A stretch of 64,000 nt of DNA from Deltaproteobacteria bacterium (lineage in GTDB: Bacteria; Myxococcota; Myxococcia; Myxococcales; 40CM-4-68-19): the NCBI GenBank assembly GCA_005879315.1, contig VBLC01000046.1:132701-196700 (forward strand). Direction: 5' to 3'. Below, one piece after another: positions 19,197-28,644 of the stretch. Positions within the stretch are counted from its first letter, which is position 1. Each line of letters starts with the position of its first letter. The notes under the pieces are model-generated. The model ran no database searches. It was given only the letters and a program-made list of their open reading frames with translations, and was not told the DNA's origin. A program made the position numbers and the translations under genes.

Positions 19197-19969
19197 AGAG
19201 GAGCGTCATCGCGGCCGCGTTCCTCCTCGCCGCCGCCCAGTCGCGCGCCGAGGAGGAGAAGCCGAAGGCCACCCAGGTGGCGGTGGGCGAGGCCCCCGAG
19301 AAGCCCAAGGTGACGGCGGTCGCGATGGGCGAGCTTCCGCCCGTCGCAGGCGCATCGCGCTACCGCGCGCCGGCCTCGCTGCCTCCGGTGAGCGCGCAGC
19401 TCTTCCACCTCAAGGGCATGCTCGAGATCGAGCCGCTCTTCGCCTTCTCCATCGGCGATCCCTTCTGGCGCACCTTCGGCGCCGGCATTCGCGCCGAGCA
19501 TCACATGGACGAGCGCTGGTCGCTGTCGGGCCACCTCATCGGCGGCTTCTCGCTCCTGGCGGCGCCCATTCAGGTGTGCACCGACGTCTCCTGCGGCGAT
19601 CCGGCAGGGGACAAGCTCCGCTCCACTCCCGGAAAGCTGCAGCTTCTCGTCGGCGCGGAGCTGGGCTGGGCTCCCGTCTACGGCAAGCTCTCGCTGATGG
19701 GCGAGCGCACGCTGCATTTCGACGCCTACCTCAGCGCCGGCCCGGAGCTGGTGATGGAGCGCATCGCGCCGGACGCGGCCTCGCCGGAGGCCACGCGCTG
19801 GGCGCCGGGAGCGCGCGTCTCGCTCGGCGAGCGGCTCTTCTTCGGCGATCGATTCACGGTGCGCATCGCAGCCAGCGAGCTGGTCTACTCCGGCCGGGTG
19901 CGCGGGCGCAGCGAGGTGGAGCGCAAGTTGACCTTCGAGGGCGGGTTGGCCTGGCTGTTCGGGCGGTGA
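19193..19969 (+). CDS. Outer-membrane beta-barrel protein (GltA/GltB, TIGR04565-like)
   Basis: SIGDPF, WAPVYGKLSLMGERTLHFDAY; paralog of the upstream gene; overlapping start/stop. Confidence 0.8.
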   Translation: MKRSVIAAAFLLAAAQSRAEEEKPKATQVAVGEAPEKPKVTAVAMGELPPVAGASRYRAPASLPPVSAQLFHLKGMLEIEPLFAFSIGDPFWRTFGAGIRAEHHMDERWSLSGHLIGGFSLLAAPIQVCTDVSCGDPAGDKLRSTPGKLQLLVGAELGWAPVYGKLSLMGERTLHFDAYLSAGPELVMERIAPDAASPEATRWAPGARVSLGERLFFGDRFTVRIAASELVYSGRVRGRSEVERKLTFEGGLAWLFGR

Positions 19970-19982
19970 AGGGGATGATGAC

Positions 19983-21680
19983 ATGCGCATCTGCGCATCT
20001 TTGACGGCGGCCGCGGTGCTCGCTGCGGGAGCGGCGCGGGCCGCCCCGGCCAGAGGCGCAGCGGAGGCCGCTGCGCAGGAGGCCTTCTCGCGCATCGACG
20101 GCGAGCAGCTGACCGCGGTGCAGGCGCAGGCGCGGTTCTCGCAGCTCATCGCGAGCCTGGCGGAGGCCGGCCTTTCGCGCAGCGGCACGGCGCTTCTGGC
20201 GTCGCTCGCCGCCGATGAGAAGCAGAGCGAGGACGTGCGCGCCGGCGCGCGAGCCCAGCTGATCGCGCGCGCCGGGCAGGACGACAGCCTCGCCCAGGCG
20301 GCGCTGACGGAAAAGATCGCGCCGGGGAAGCTGCCGGCCGCGATCGCGGTGCGGTTGGCGCGCGGCCACCTGGAGCGCGCGCTGCAGCTCTCCCCTCCGG
20401 AGGAGGGCGGCGATTTCATCGGGCTCCAGCCGGGGCCGTCGCTGGTGCCGGCCTCGGGCGAACCGCTCGACAAGGAGCTGGCGCGCGAGATGGGCGCCCC
20501 GCAGCAGGAGGCGAACGGCGCGGCAAAGCCGCAGGCGCCTGCGCCGGAGACCGACCGCAGGGCGCTGCGCGAGCTGGACGCGGCCCGCGCGCTGGCCGCC
20601 TCGGTGCCGGCCGGCGATCCATCCGAGGGAGACGCGCGGGAGGTGGCGGGGCTCGCAGCGCTGGCAGCGGGCGACGCCGAGAGCGCGGCGAAGGAGTTCC
20701 TTTCGCTGGCGCAGCTGCCGATCGAGCGCGGCGACGAGGGCGCCTCGGCGCGACGAGACGCCGCCTTCCTGCAGCTCGCGCGCCTCGCCTACCAAGGCGG
20801 TGACGATTCCCGCGCGACCGCCCTCTACGAGAAGGTCGGCCGCGGCGCGCCCGAGTGGCTCGACGCGCTCTTCGAAGCGAGCTGGGCGCACTTCCGCCGG
20901 GGCGAGGATGAGAAGGCGCTGGGGAATCTCCTCACCCTGCACGCGCCTTTCTTCCAGGGGCGATTCTTTCCCGAGTCGTTCGTGCTCAAGGCTCTGGTGC
21001 TCTACGAGAACTGCCGCTACGGCGACGCGCGCCGCGCGCTCGACGAGTTCGACCGGCGCTACCAGCCGCTGCAGGAGGGCCTGACGTCCGCGCTGGAAAA
21101 GCTGACCACGCCGCAGGCCGCTTATGAATTCCTCGCCCGCGGCGCGGTGGGGCTGCAGCCCTCGCCGGCGCGCGAGGAGATCGGACGCCTCGAGCAGGAG
21201 CTGCAGCCCGACGTCGCCGCGGTGGTCGAGCTGGCGCAGGAGATCGACTCGATCGACAAGCGGCCGGCCGCGTTCCGCGCCTCCAGGCTGGTGGCGCGCA
21301 TGGCGACTTCGGCGCGGCAGGCGCGGCTCGACCTGATCGACGGCGCCGGCCGCAAGCTCCTCGCGCGGATGGGGGCGGAGCGGGCCGAGCTGCGCGAGCT
21401 GCTCGCCCAGTCGCTGCGGCTCTCCTACGAGATCGCCGGCCGGGAGAAGGAGCTCGCCACCTCGAACGAGCCGGGTCTCGCGGCGCAGCCGCAGCGCGAT
21501 CCGCCCCAGGTCAAGGACGACGAGGAGGTATGGCCTTTCCAGGGCGAGTACTGGCGCGACGAGCTCGGCAGCTACCGGTACCAGCTCGGCCAGCGTTGCC
21601 GCCATGCGCGGCCCGCGCTGCCGCAGGCGGCGAAGGGCGGACCTGCGCCGGCCAAGGTGGCGGCCGAGCCCGGCCGCTGA
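19983..21680 (+). CDS. gltC: GltC/NfsC-like TPR protein
   Basis: WLDALFEASWA..KALGNLLTLHAPFF..FPES..Y.NC.Y; C-terminal WPFQGEYWRDELGSYRY. Confidence 0.85.
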   Translation: MRICASLTAAAVLAAGAARAAPARGAAEAAAQEAFSRIDGEQLTAVQAQARFSQLIASLAEAGLSRSGTALLASLAADEKQSEDVRAGARAQLIARAGQDDSLAQAALTEKIAPGKLPAAIAVRLARGHLERALQLSPPEEGGDFIGLQPGPSLVPASGEPLDKELAREMGAPQQEANGAAKPQAPAPETDRRALRELDAARALAASVPAGDPSEGDAREVAGLAALAAGDAESAAKEFLSLAQLPIERGDEGASARRDAAFLQLARLAYQGGDDSRATALYEKVGRGAPEWLDALFEASWAHFRRGEDEKALGNLLTLHAPFFQGRFFPESFVLKALVLYENCRYGDARRALDEFDRRYQPLQEGLTSALEKLTTPQAAYEFLARGAVGLQPSPAREEIGRLEQELQPDVAAVVELAQEIDSIDKRPAAFRASRLVARMATSARQARLDLIDGAGRKLLARMGAERAELRELLAQSLRLSYEIAGREKELATSNEPGLAAQPQRDPPQVKDDEEVWPFQGEYWRDELGSYRYQLGQRCRHARPALPQAAKGGPAPAKVAAEPGR

Positions 21681-21795
21681 TCCGTCGATGCGAAAGGAAG
21701 TTCCCAGCCTGGGAGACATCGTTCACACCGCCGCCGTCGGCAGGCCGGCGCTGCCGGGCGCGAAGGTTGCAGCCTGAGAGGGAGGGGAGGGGTCC

Positions 21796-24700
21796 ATGCT
21801 CGTTCTCTTCATCGCCGCCGCCATCGCTCAACAGCCCGCCCGCGACAAGGCGCTGCTCCACCCCCACGTCGAGCAGATCGTGGCGGAGAAGGAGCAGGAG
21901 CAGGAGCAGACACTGCGGCGCCTTCTTTCGCTGGGCGGTTCGGCGGAGGAACAGGCGGAAGTGACGGCCCGCCTCGCGGCGGTGCTGCGAGCGCGCGGTC
22001 TTTCCCTCTCCATCCGCGCCCAGGCCGAAGCCGACCAGGGCGACGAGGTCTCGGCAGGCCGCGATCGCGCCACCGTCGCCGCCGTGCGCGCCGAGGCCAT
22101 CGCGCGCTATCGCGAGCTCTTGAAGAAATATCCCGCCGCGCCGCGCCTGGACGAGGCGCTCTTCTTCCTCGCCGACATCCTCCAGGACTCGAGCCGCGAT
22201 CAGGAGGCGGTGGCCGCCGCCCGCGAGCTGGTGAAGAAGTACCCGCGCTCGCCCTGGGCGCCCGCCAGCCACGTCTTTCTCGGTGAGCATCTCTTCGACC
22301 AGGCCAAACTGGCCGAGGCGCTGCACGAGTACCGCGCCGCCGCCGAAGTGCCCGGAGACGAGGTCTATCCCTACGCGCTCTACAAGGCGGCCTGGTGCCG
22401 GTTCAATCAAGGCGCCTTCGTCGACGCCATGAAGCTTCTGCGCCGCGTGGTGGAGGTCTCGGCTAAGGCCGGCGACGAGAACAAGGTCCACCTCGCCCGC
22501 GAGGCGCGCCGCGACTATGTCATCGCCTACGCCCGCGTCGGCAAGCCCGAAGCGGCTCGCGACGAGTTCGCCCAGATCTTCGGCGCCGAGGCGGGCCGCA
22601 AGATGCTCGAGCAGTACGGCAAGCTGCTCTTCGAGACCGGCCGCGATCCCGAAGCGCAACTGGTCCACCGCCAGCTGCTCGAGATCCACGGCGACATCGC
22701 GGCGGCGGCGCTCGATCGAACACGCCTGCTCGTCCTCGCCCAGCGCAGCGGCCGGCGCACCGAGCTGCTCCGCGAGGCGAAGTTGCTGACCGAGACGTTC
22801 CTGCGGGTGAAGAAGAACGCCGCGCCCGGCGACGAGGCCTTCGAGGAAGCGAGCCGCATCGCCGAGGAGACGCTGCGCAACCTCGCCGTGCAGATCCACA
22901 ACGAGGCGCGCAAGACCGATCTGGAGGAGACCTGGGCGGCTGCGCGCTCGCTCTATTCGCAATACCTGACCATCTTCCCCGACGCGCCAGACGCCTACGA
23001 GCTGCGCTTCTTCTACGGCGAGCTCCTCTACGCGCAGGACGACAAGGGCGAGGCGGCCGGGATGTACGAGGCGGTCGTGCGGCAGGACATGGCGCGCAAT
23101 CCGCCCGGCCGCTGGCTGCAGAAGGCAGCGTGGAGCGCGGTGCTCTCGCGCGACGAGTTCATCCGCGGCGATGCGAAGGAGAAGAAGGATACCGGCGAAC
23201 GCCGCGCGCAGCGGCCGCTCACGGCCGACGAACAGAAGCTGGCCGCGGCCTGCCGCCTCTATCTGCTGGCGCTGCCCGAGGGTCCGCACGCCGTCGAGGT
23301 CGCCTTCAAGGTCGGCCGGCTCGAGTACGTCTCCAGCGACCTGCCCGAAGCCGAGAAGCATCTCTCCTGGGTCGCGCTCAAGCACCCCGAGCACGAGCTG
23401 GCCGAGTACGCCGCCAACCTGGTTCTCGACATCTCCAACCTGCGCAAGGATTGGGAGAGCGTGCACCGCTGGGCGATCAAGTTCCTCGAGGACAGGAAGC
23501 TGACTGCGCATGGGACGCTCGCGAACGATCTGCGGCGCATCGAGGAGGAGAGCGCGTACGGCATCTCCGACTCGACCGGGACGGACGAGAAGAAGGCGGA
23601 GACCCTGCTGGCGTTCGCCGCGTCTCATCCCAAGGGCGAGCTGACCGACAAGGCGCTCTTCGGAGCTGCCGCGGCCCTGTCGCGCGCCGGCCGTGTCGAC
23701 GATGCGCTGGCGGCGCGCGCGCGGGTCTGGAAGGAGACGCCGGCTTCGCCGCTGGTGCCTCGGGCGCTGCTCTCGTCCGCTTCCGACCACGCCGCCGTCG
23801 GGGATGTCGGTGAGGCGGCCGCGCTGCTCGAGAAGTACGCGGCGGGTTTCCAGAAGCAGCACGCGCTGGAGAAGTGGCTGCGCGAGCACGGCAAGACCAG
23901 GAAGGCGAAGAGCGCGCCCGTCTACGAAGAGACCAAGGCGCAGACCGCGCTGCACGACGCGGCCTTCTTGCGCGAGGCGCGCGGCGAGCTGCGACAGGCG
24001 CTGAGCGATCGCGCGCTGGCGCTGCAGCTGTGGAAGAAAGCGGCGGACTCCGACGACGAGCTCTTCGCCAAGGCCGCGCTGCGAGCAAGACTGGGTGAGG
24101 CGGCCCGCGCCGCGCGCGAGTTCACCGCGGTCGCCCGCGAGGCGAAAGCGAAGCCGGCGCTGGAGTTGACGGCGCTGCGCGAGGCGGCGAGGCAGTACGC
24201 GCGCGCCGGCGAGACGGGAAATGCGCAGTGGTCGTGGACCGAGCTCGAGCGCGTCTTCAAGTCTCTCGCCCCGAAAGCGCGCGAGAAGCTGACGCCCGAC
24301 GCGCTCGCGGCAGCCGCCGAGGCGCACTTCGCGCTCGGCACGCACGCCTTCGATCAATTCAAGCGGCAGCAGATCCAGCCGCCCTTGATGGCGACGCTCA
24401 ACCGCAAGGTGACTCTCCTGCAGGCGGTGAAGAGGCGCGCCGAAGAGACCGTCGCCATGCGCCAGGCCGAGCCCGCCGTCTGCGCTCTGGCCCAGCTCGG
24501 CGAGGCGCAGATCCTGCTGGGGCAGGCCATCGCGCAGAGCCCCTTCCCGCCGCGGCTCAACGGGGAGCAGCGAAAGCTCTACCGCGAGATGCTCGAGGAG
24601 AAGGCGCAACCGCTCCAGGTGGACGCGCGGGAGACCCTCAAGAGCGCCGACGAGAAGGCGCGCGAGCTGGGCGTGACCGGCAGCTGCGCCGCGAAAGTCT

Positions 24701-25866
24701 CCTCGCTCTTGGAGAAGGTCAACGCCAAGCCCGGCGCGCGGCCGCAGATGCAGCTCGCGCCGGCGCCGCTCGCGCCCGCGTCGGAGTTCCTCGAGGCCGA
24801 CGCCAAGCTGGTCGCGGCAGGAGAGCCGCAGCCGGGCGAGCGGGCGCGGCGGCTGCTGGACGACGCGCTTGTGGCGCTGAAGTCGGCGGACAAGATCAAG
24901 CCCGAGGAGCTGGTCGCCAAGTTCCAGGCGGCCGCCGAGGAGTCGGGCGCTCCGGGAATTGCGCTCTTCGACTACGCGGTGGCGCTCGATCGCGCAGGCC
25001 GCGCAGAGGAGGCGGAGAGCGTCTACCGGAAGATCGCCAAGGGCGAGCTGGGCTATCGCGCTGCAGAGCGGCTGGTCTCGCTGGCGCTCTCGCGCGGCGA
25101 TGTCCGGGCCGCGCGCCAGGCGCTCTCGATCGCCGACTCCGCCTTGGCCGGCGATGCGCGCGCGAAGACGCTGCGAGCCGAGCTGGAGCTGATGCTGGGC
25201 GACGCTCCTGCGGCGAGATCCGCATTGAGGCTGTCTCTGGCCCAGCGCCCGAACGACGTTCGGGCCCTCTGCGCGCTTGCGCGAGCACATCTGGCCCAAG
25301 GGGACAGGGGCGCTGCGAGACTGTTCGCCGCGCGCGCCGCCCAGGTCGATCCGCACCATGCGCTTCCGCTCATCGTCAAGGCGGAGGTCGCGCGGGCGGA
25401 GAACGACCCTGCCGCCGAGTTGGCCGCGGCGCGCGCGGCGGCGGAGGTGGATGAGCGCTCGGCGCTGGCCGCGCTGGTCCTGGGCCGCGCGCTCTTCGAG
25501 CGCGGATTGACGGGCGACGCCGTCGATCAATTCGCCCGCGCCGCCGCGCTCGACGCCGGCTCCTATCCGGCCGCGCTCGCCCTCGGACAGGCGCTCGCGG
25601 CATCGGGCCGCACGCAGGAGGCCGAGCAGGCGCTCGCCCGTGCGGTCGCGCTCGCTCCCAAGGCCGCCCAGCCGCACCTCGACCTGGCCCGTCTGAAGCT
25701 GGATGGCGACAACGATGCCCAAGCCGCGCTGTCGGAGGCAAAACTTTTCCTCGCGTTGTCCACGCAGCCTCCGCCCCCAGGGCATCCGATCCACGCCTTG
25801 GTGCAGCGCTGCGAGGAGGCGCTCAAACAGCGGGCGCAGGCATCGGTCGTGCAACAGGGGAAGTAG
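21796..25866 (+). CDS. gltD: GltD(AgmU)-like TPR protein apparently fused to a GltE(AglT)-like TPR region
   Basis: 1356 aa; YALYKAAWC.FN and other GltD-type repeats ending about ARELGVTGSCA, then about 350 aa GltE-like TPR region. Confidence 0.8.
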   Translation: MLVLFIAAAIAQQPARDKALLHPHVEQIVAEKEQEQEQTLRRLLSLGGSAEEQAEVTARLAAVLRARGLSLSIRAQAEADQGDEVSAGRDRATVAAVRAEAIARYRELLKKYPAAPRLDEALFFLADILQDSSRDQEAVAAARELVKKYPRSPWAPASHVFLGEHLFDQAKLAEALHEYRAAAEVPGDEVYPYALYKAAWCRFNQGAFVDAMKLLRRVVEVSAKAGDENKVHLAREARRDYVIAYARVGKPEAARDEFAQIFGAEAGRKMLEQYGKLLFETGRDPEAQLVHRQLLEIHGDIAAAALDRTRLLVLAQRSGRRTELLREAKLLTETFLRVKKNAAPGDEAFEEASRIAEETLRNLAVQIHNEARKTDLEETWAAARSLYSQYLTIFPDAPDAYELRFFYGELLYAQDDKGEAAGMYEAVVRQDMARNPPGRWLQKAAWSAVLSRDEFIRGDAKEKKDTGERRAQRPLTADEQKLAAACRLYLLALPEGPHAVEVAFKVGRLEYVSSDLPEAEKHLSWVALKHPEHELAEYAANLVLDISNLRKDWESVHRWAIKFLEDRKLTAHGTLANDLRRIEEESAYGISDSTGTDEKKAETLLAFAASHPKGELTDKALFGAAAALSRAGRVDDALAARARVWKETPASPLVPRALLSSASDHAAVGDVGEAAALLEKYAAGFQKQHALEKWLREHGKTRKAKSAPVYEETKAQTALHDAAFLREARGELRQALSDRALALQLWKKAADSDDELFAKAALRARLGEAARAAREFTAVAREAKAKPALELTALREAARQYARAGETGNAQWSWTELERVFKSLAPKAREKLTPDALAAAAEAHFALGTHAFDQFKRQQIQPPLMATLNRKVTLLQAVKRRAEETVAMRQAEPAVCALAQLGEAQILLGQAIAQSPFPPRLNGEQRKLYREMLEEKAQPLQVDARETLKSADEKARELGVTGSCAAKVSSLLEKVNAKPGARPQMQLAPAPLAPASEFLEADAKLVAAGEPQPGERARRLLDDALVALKSADKIKPEELVAKFQAAAEESGAPGIALFDYAVALDRAGRAEEAESVYRKIAKGELGYRAAERLVSLALSRGDVRAARQALSIADSALAGDARAKTLRAELELMLGDAPAARSALRLSLAQRPNDVRALCALARAHLAQGDRGAARLFAARAAQVDPHHALPLIVKAEVARAENDPAAELAAARAAAEVDERSALAALVLGRALFERGLTGDAVDQFARAAALDAGSYPAALALGQALAASGRTQEAEQALARAVALAPKAAQPHLDLARLKLDGDNDAQAALSEAKLFLALSTQPPPPGHPIHALVQRCEEALKQRAQASVVQQGK

Positions 25867-25932
25867 GCGGGCGTAGCCGCCACCGGCAGCAGGCGGGCGG
25901 GCGGCCGGAACCGGGTCGCGGGGGAGGGGGGA

Positions 25933-26199
25933 ATGCTCAAGAAGCTCTTGCTTGCGGCCGCCGCGGCAGCCTTTCTCGGGACCGGCGCCGCCGCTGCAGA
26001 TGACGCAGGCAAGAAGCCGCCGACCGCGCGGCCCCGCCGAACCGTCCTCCACTTCGGCGAAGACGACATCCGAGGCGACATCACCCGGCCGGATGGAGAG
26101 CTCGTCCAGGCCCCGCGCAAAGTTTCCGATCAGAGTCTCGTGCGCGTGCGCCGCTCCTTTCTCGACCGCGCCCTCGCCGCTCCCCTCCATGGACGCTGA
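25933..26199 (+). CDS. gltF: GltF/CglF-like small secreted protein
   Basis: Signal peptide; HFGEDDIRGDITRPDGE...SLVRVRRSF. Confidence 0.85.
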   Translation: MLKKLLLAAAAAAFLGTGAAAADDAGKKPPTARPRRTVLHFGEDDIRGDITRPDGELVQAPRKVSDQSLVRVRRSFLDRALAAPLHGR

Positions 26200-26226
26200 T
26201 CAAACCCTCCTCATGGACGGCAACCG

Positions 26227-28158
26227 ATGATTCCGATCGTTCTCAAGGTCTACGACGGCGGGAAGCTCAGGGCGTCCCGGTCCTTCCTTGCCGAGCGGAT
26301 CCAGATGGGGAGTGGCCCAGCCGACCTGGTGCTCGACGCGCCCTCGGTCGCGCCCAGCCACGCCGTGATCGAGATCGCGCAGGGAGGCGTCATCCTCCGC
26401 GCCGTCGGCGCCGCGCCCGTCTACCTGAACGGCCAGCCCATCCTCGCGGCGCCGCTGCGCCACGGCGACCTCATCTCCATCGGTGAATTGCGCATCATGG
26501 TCGAGCTGCAGAAAGCCGCGCCGGCGTCATCGCCGATGAGGCGGCCGCGGCTGCAGCTCATCACCGGTTCGGGCGAGGAGCAGCCGAAGTTCGACTCCGC
26601 GCATGCCCAACCGTCGTTGCAGGTGGTACGCGAGGATGTCGCGCAGCCTTCCGCGCTGGGCGCCGAGAGCGACCAGGGCCTCCACGCGCGCGCCGAGAGC
26701 GACCTGGGCCTCCATGTGCTCGAGCCCGAGATGCCCGCGCCGGCGGCCGCGCCCGCAGTGGTGGAGAACGCCGCGCTGGCGCTGCCCGAAGAGGAGCCGC
26801 CGCCTCCGCCGGCGCAGGCTCTACCTCCTCTTCCCGAGACGGCGACGCAGGGCGGCGAGTGCGCCGAGGTGGAGCTCTTCTGGCACGACACGCGGCTGAG
26901 CGTCTGGCAGCTGCAGCCGGGCGAGAAGTTCGTCGCTGGCACCGACCCTGGCTGCCACGCGCTGCTCTCCGGCGTCGACCGCGCAGTGGTGCTGCGCAGC
27001 GACGTCAACGGCTGGACGGTCGCGGTTCCGCGCCCGCTCTCCATCACTCTCGAAGAGGGTGGCCGCACGGTGGGCGGACCCGAGCTTCTCGTGCGCGGTC
27101 GCAGCCAGGCCGACGCGCAGGGCCTGGTGGTCCCGCTGCCGCAGCGGGCGGTCGCGCTGCTCTCCAGCGGCGAACTGGCGCTGCGCATCCGCCGTGTCCG
27201 CAGCGCCGCGCGCGCGGGCTCCGAGCGCACCGATTGGAAAGGCGTCCTGGTCGCCTCGCTGGCGGCCCTGGCGATGATGTTCGGACTCCGGCTCTGGTCC
27301 AACTCGGTGCCGGTCAAGACCGTCGGCGAGCCCGAGCTGATCAAGTCCCGCCCGCTGGCGGTGCGCAGCGTGATCAAGCCCGTCGAGGCGCCCATCAAGA
27401 AGACGGAGCAGAACCAGGGCCGCAAGGATCCCGGCCAGGCCGTCGCCCGCCACATGGGGCCGGAAGGCCAGGCCGGCACCAAGACCGCTCCGCGCAGGGA
27501 TGCGCGCGCCGAGCGCAAGATGGACGACCGGGCGCTCCTCGCCCAGACCGGACTGCTCAAGGCTCTCGGCGCGGGCAAAGGAACCAACGACGTCTTCGGC
27601 GTGGCGTTGGAGAAGGGCACCGTCGACGCCATGGGCCACCTCACCGGCCCGCGTGTGGGCGACGCTCGCGGCGACGGCGGCATGGGCCTCAAGTCGCTCG
27701 GCGGCAAGGGTGGCGGCGGCGACGGCTCGGGCCTCGGCCTGGCGCGCATCGGCACCAACGGCATCGGCGGCGGCTTCGCCAACTACGGCGACGGCAAGGG
27801 CGGCCTGCACGGCAAGGAGGACGGCGACATCGGCCTCGGCCCCGGCAAGCCACAGGTGGTCGGACAGATCGACCCCGAGCTGATCCGCAAAGTCGTCCAC
27901 GACCACCGCGCGCAGATCCGCACCTGCTACGAGACGCAGCTCAACACCCGGCCGACGCTGGCGGGCAAGCTTGTCTCCGCCTGGACCATCGACCCGAGCG
28001 GCGTGGTCACCGAGGCCCACACGCAGGAGAGCACGCTGCACGACCATGCGGTCGAGCAGTGCGTGGCGAGCAAGATCAAGACCTGGCGCTTCCCCATCCC
28101 CAAGGGCGGCGGCGAGGTCTTCGTCACCTATCCCTTCATCTTCACGCCGGGAGGCTGA
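26227..28158 (+). CDS. gltG: GltG/PglI-like protein: FHA, TM, Gly-rich linker, TonB-C-like domain
   Basis: FHA (SHAVIE..YLNG..LRHGDLISIG); single TM; IRKVV..H..QIRTCYE..CV..WRFP.PKGGG.V.VTYPFIF. Confidence 0.87.
   Translation: MIPIVLKVYDGGKLRASRSFLAERIQMGSGPADLVLDAPSVAPSHAVIEIAQGGVILRAVGAAPVYLNGQPILAAPLRHGDLISIGELRIMVELQKAAPASSPMRRPRLQLITGSGEEQPKFDSAHAQPSLQVVREDVAQPSALGAESDQGLHARAESDLGLHVLEPEMPAPAAAPAVVENAALALPEEEPPPPPAQALPPLPETATQGGECAEVELFWHDTRLSVWQLQPGEKFVAGTDPGCHALLSGVDRAVVLRSDVNGWTVAVPRPLSITLEEGGRTVGGPELLVRGRSQADAQGLVVPLPQRAVALLSSGELALRIRRVRSAARAGSERTDWKGVLVASLAALAMMFGLRLWSNSVPVKTVGEPELIKSRPLAVRSVIKPVEAPIKKTEQNQGRKDPGQAVARHMGPEGQAGTKTAPRRDARAERKMDDRALLAQTGLLKALGAGKGTNDVFGVALEKGTVDAMGHLTGPRVGDARGDGGMGLKSLGGKGGGGDGSGLGLARIGTNGIGGGFANYGDGKGGLHGKEDGDIGLGPGKPQVVGQIDPELIRKVVHDHRAQIRTCYETQLNTRPTLAGKLVSAWTIDPSGVVTEAHTQESTLHDHAVEQCVASKIKTWRFPIPKGGGEVFVTYPFIFTPGG
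26660..26719 (+). repeat. In-frame 30-bp tandem duplication within gltG linker
   Basis: Two 30-bp units starting GCGCCGAGAGCGACC; protein AESDQGLHAR / AESDLGLHVL. Confidence 0.85.
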
Positions 28159-28161
28159 TCG

Positions 28162-28623
28162 ATGCTGCTCGCTCTCTTCCTCGCTGCCGCGCAGCCCTGG
28201 CTGCAGATGGAGGCCGGCCCGATGTTCCTGCGCAACGGCGGCGGCGGGCCTCTCTTGCGGGTTTCGGTGGGCCAGCAATTTGCCGAACGACTCGGCGGAG
28301 AGCTGTGGCTGACCGCCGGGCTGCAGGGCCCAGCCGGCGGAGCGCGGGGCGATAGCGCGGTCCTGGGCGGAGGCGCGGGCGGGCGCGTGCTCCTGCGCTC
28401 CTTCGGCGAAGAAGGCAAGCTGGGCCTCTGGGCGCGAGCCGGGGTGGGCTGGTCGGCGGCCGCGGCCGGCAACGACGGCCAGGGACCCTCGGCATTCGGC
28501 GGCGCGCTGCTCTCCTTCCAGCCGTTCATGAAACGATTCACCGTCGGCCTCGAGGCCGACGCGCTCGCCTTCCGCAGGAACGTCGGGTTCGCCGTCCTGC
28601 CCTCCCTGCGCTGCAGTTTCTAG
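28162..28623 (+). CDS. Small beta-barrel protein, GltH/CglE-like
   Basis: Amphipathic beta-strands, terminal Phe, position directly after gltG. Confidence 0.6.
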   Translation: MLLALFLAAAQPWLQMEAGPMFLRNGGGGPLLRVSVGQQFAERLGGELWLTAGLQGPAGGARGDSAVLGGGAGGRVLLRSFGEEGKLGLWARAGVGWSAAAAGNDGQGPSAFGGALLSFQPFMKRFTVGLEADALAFRRNVGFAVLPSLRCSF

Positions 28624-28644
28624 CTCTGCGAGGCCCGGGCCGGG

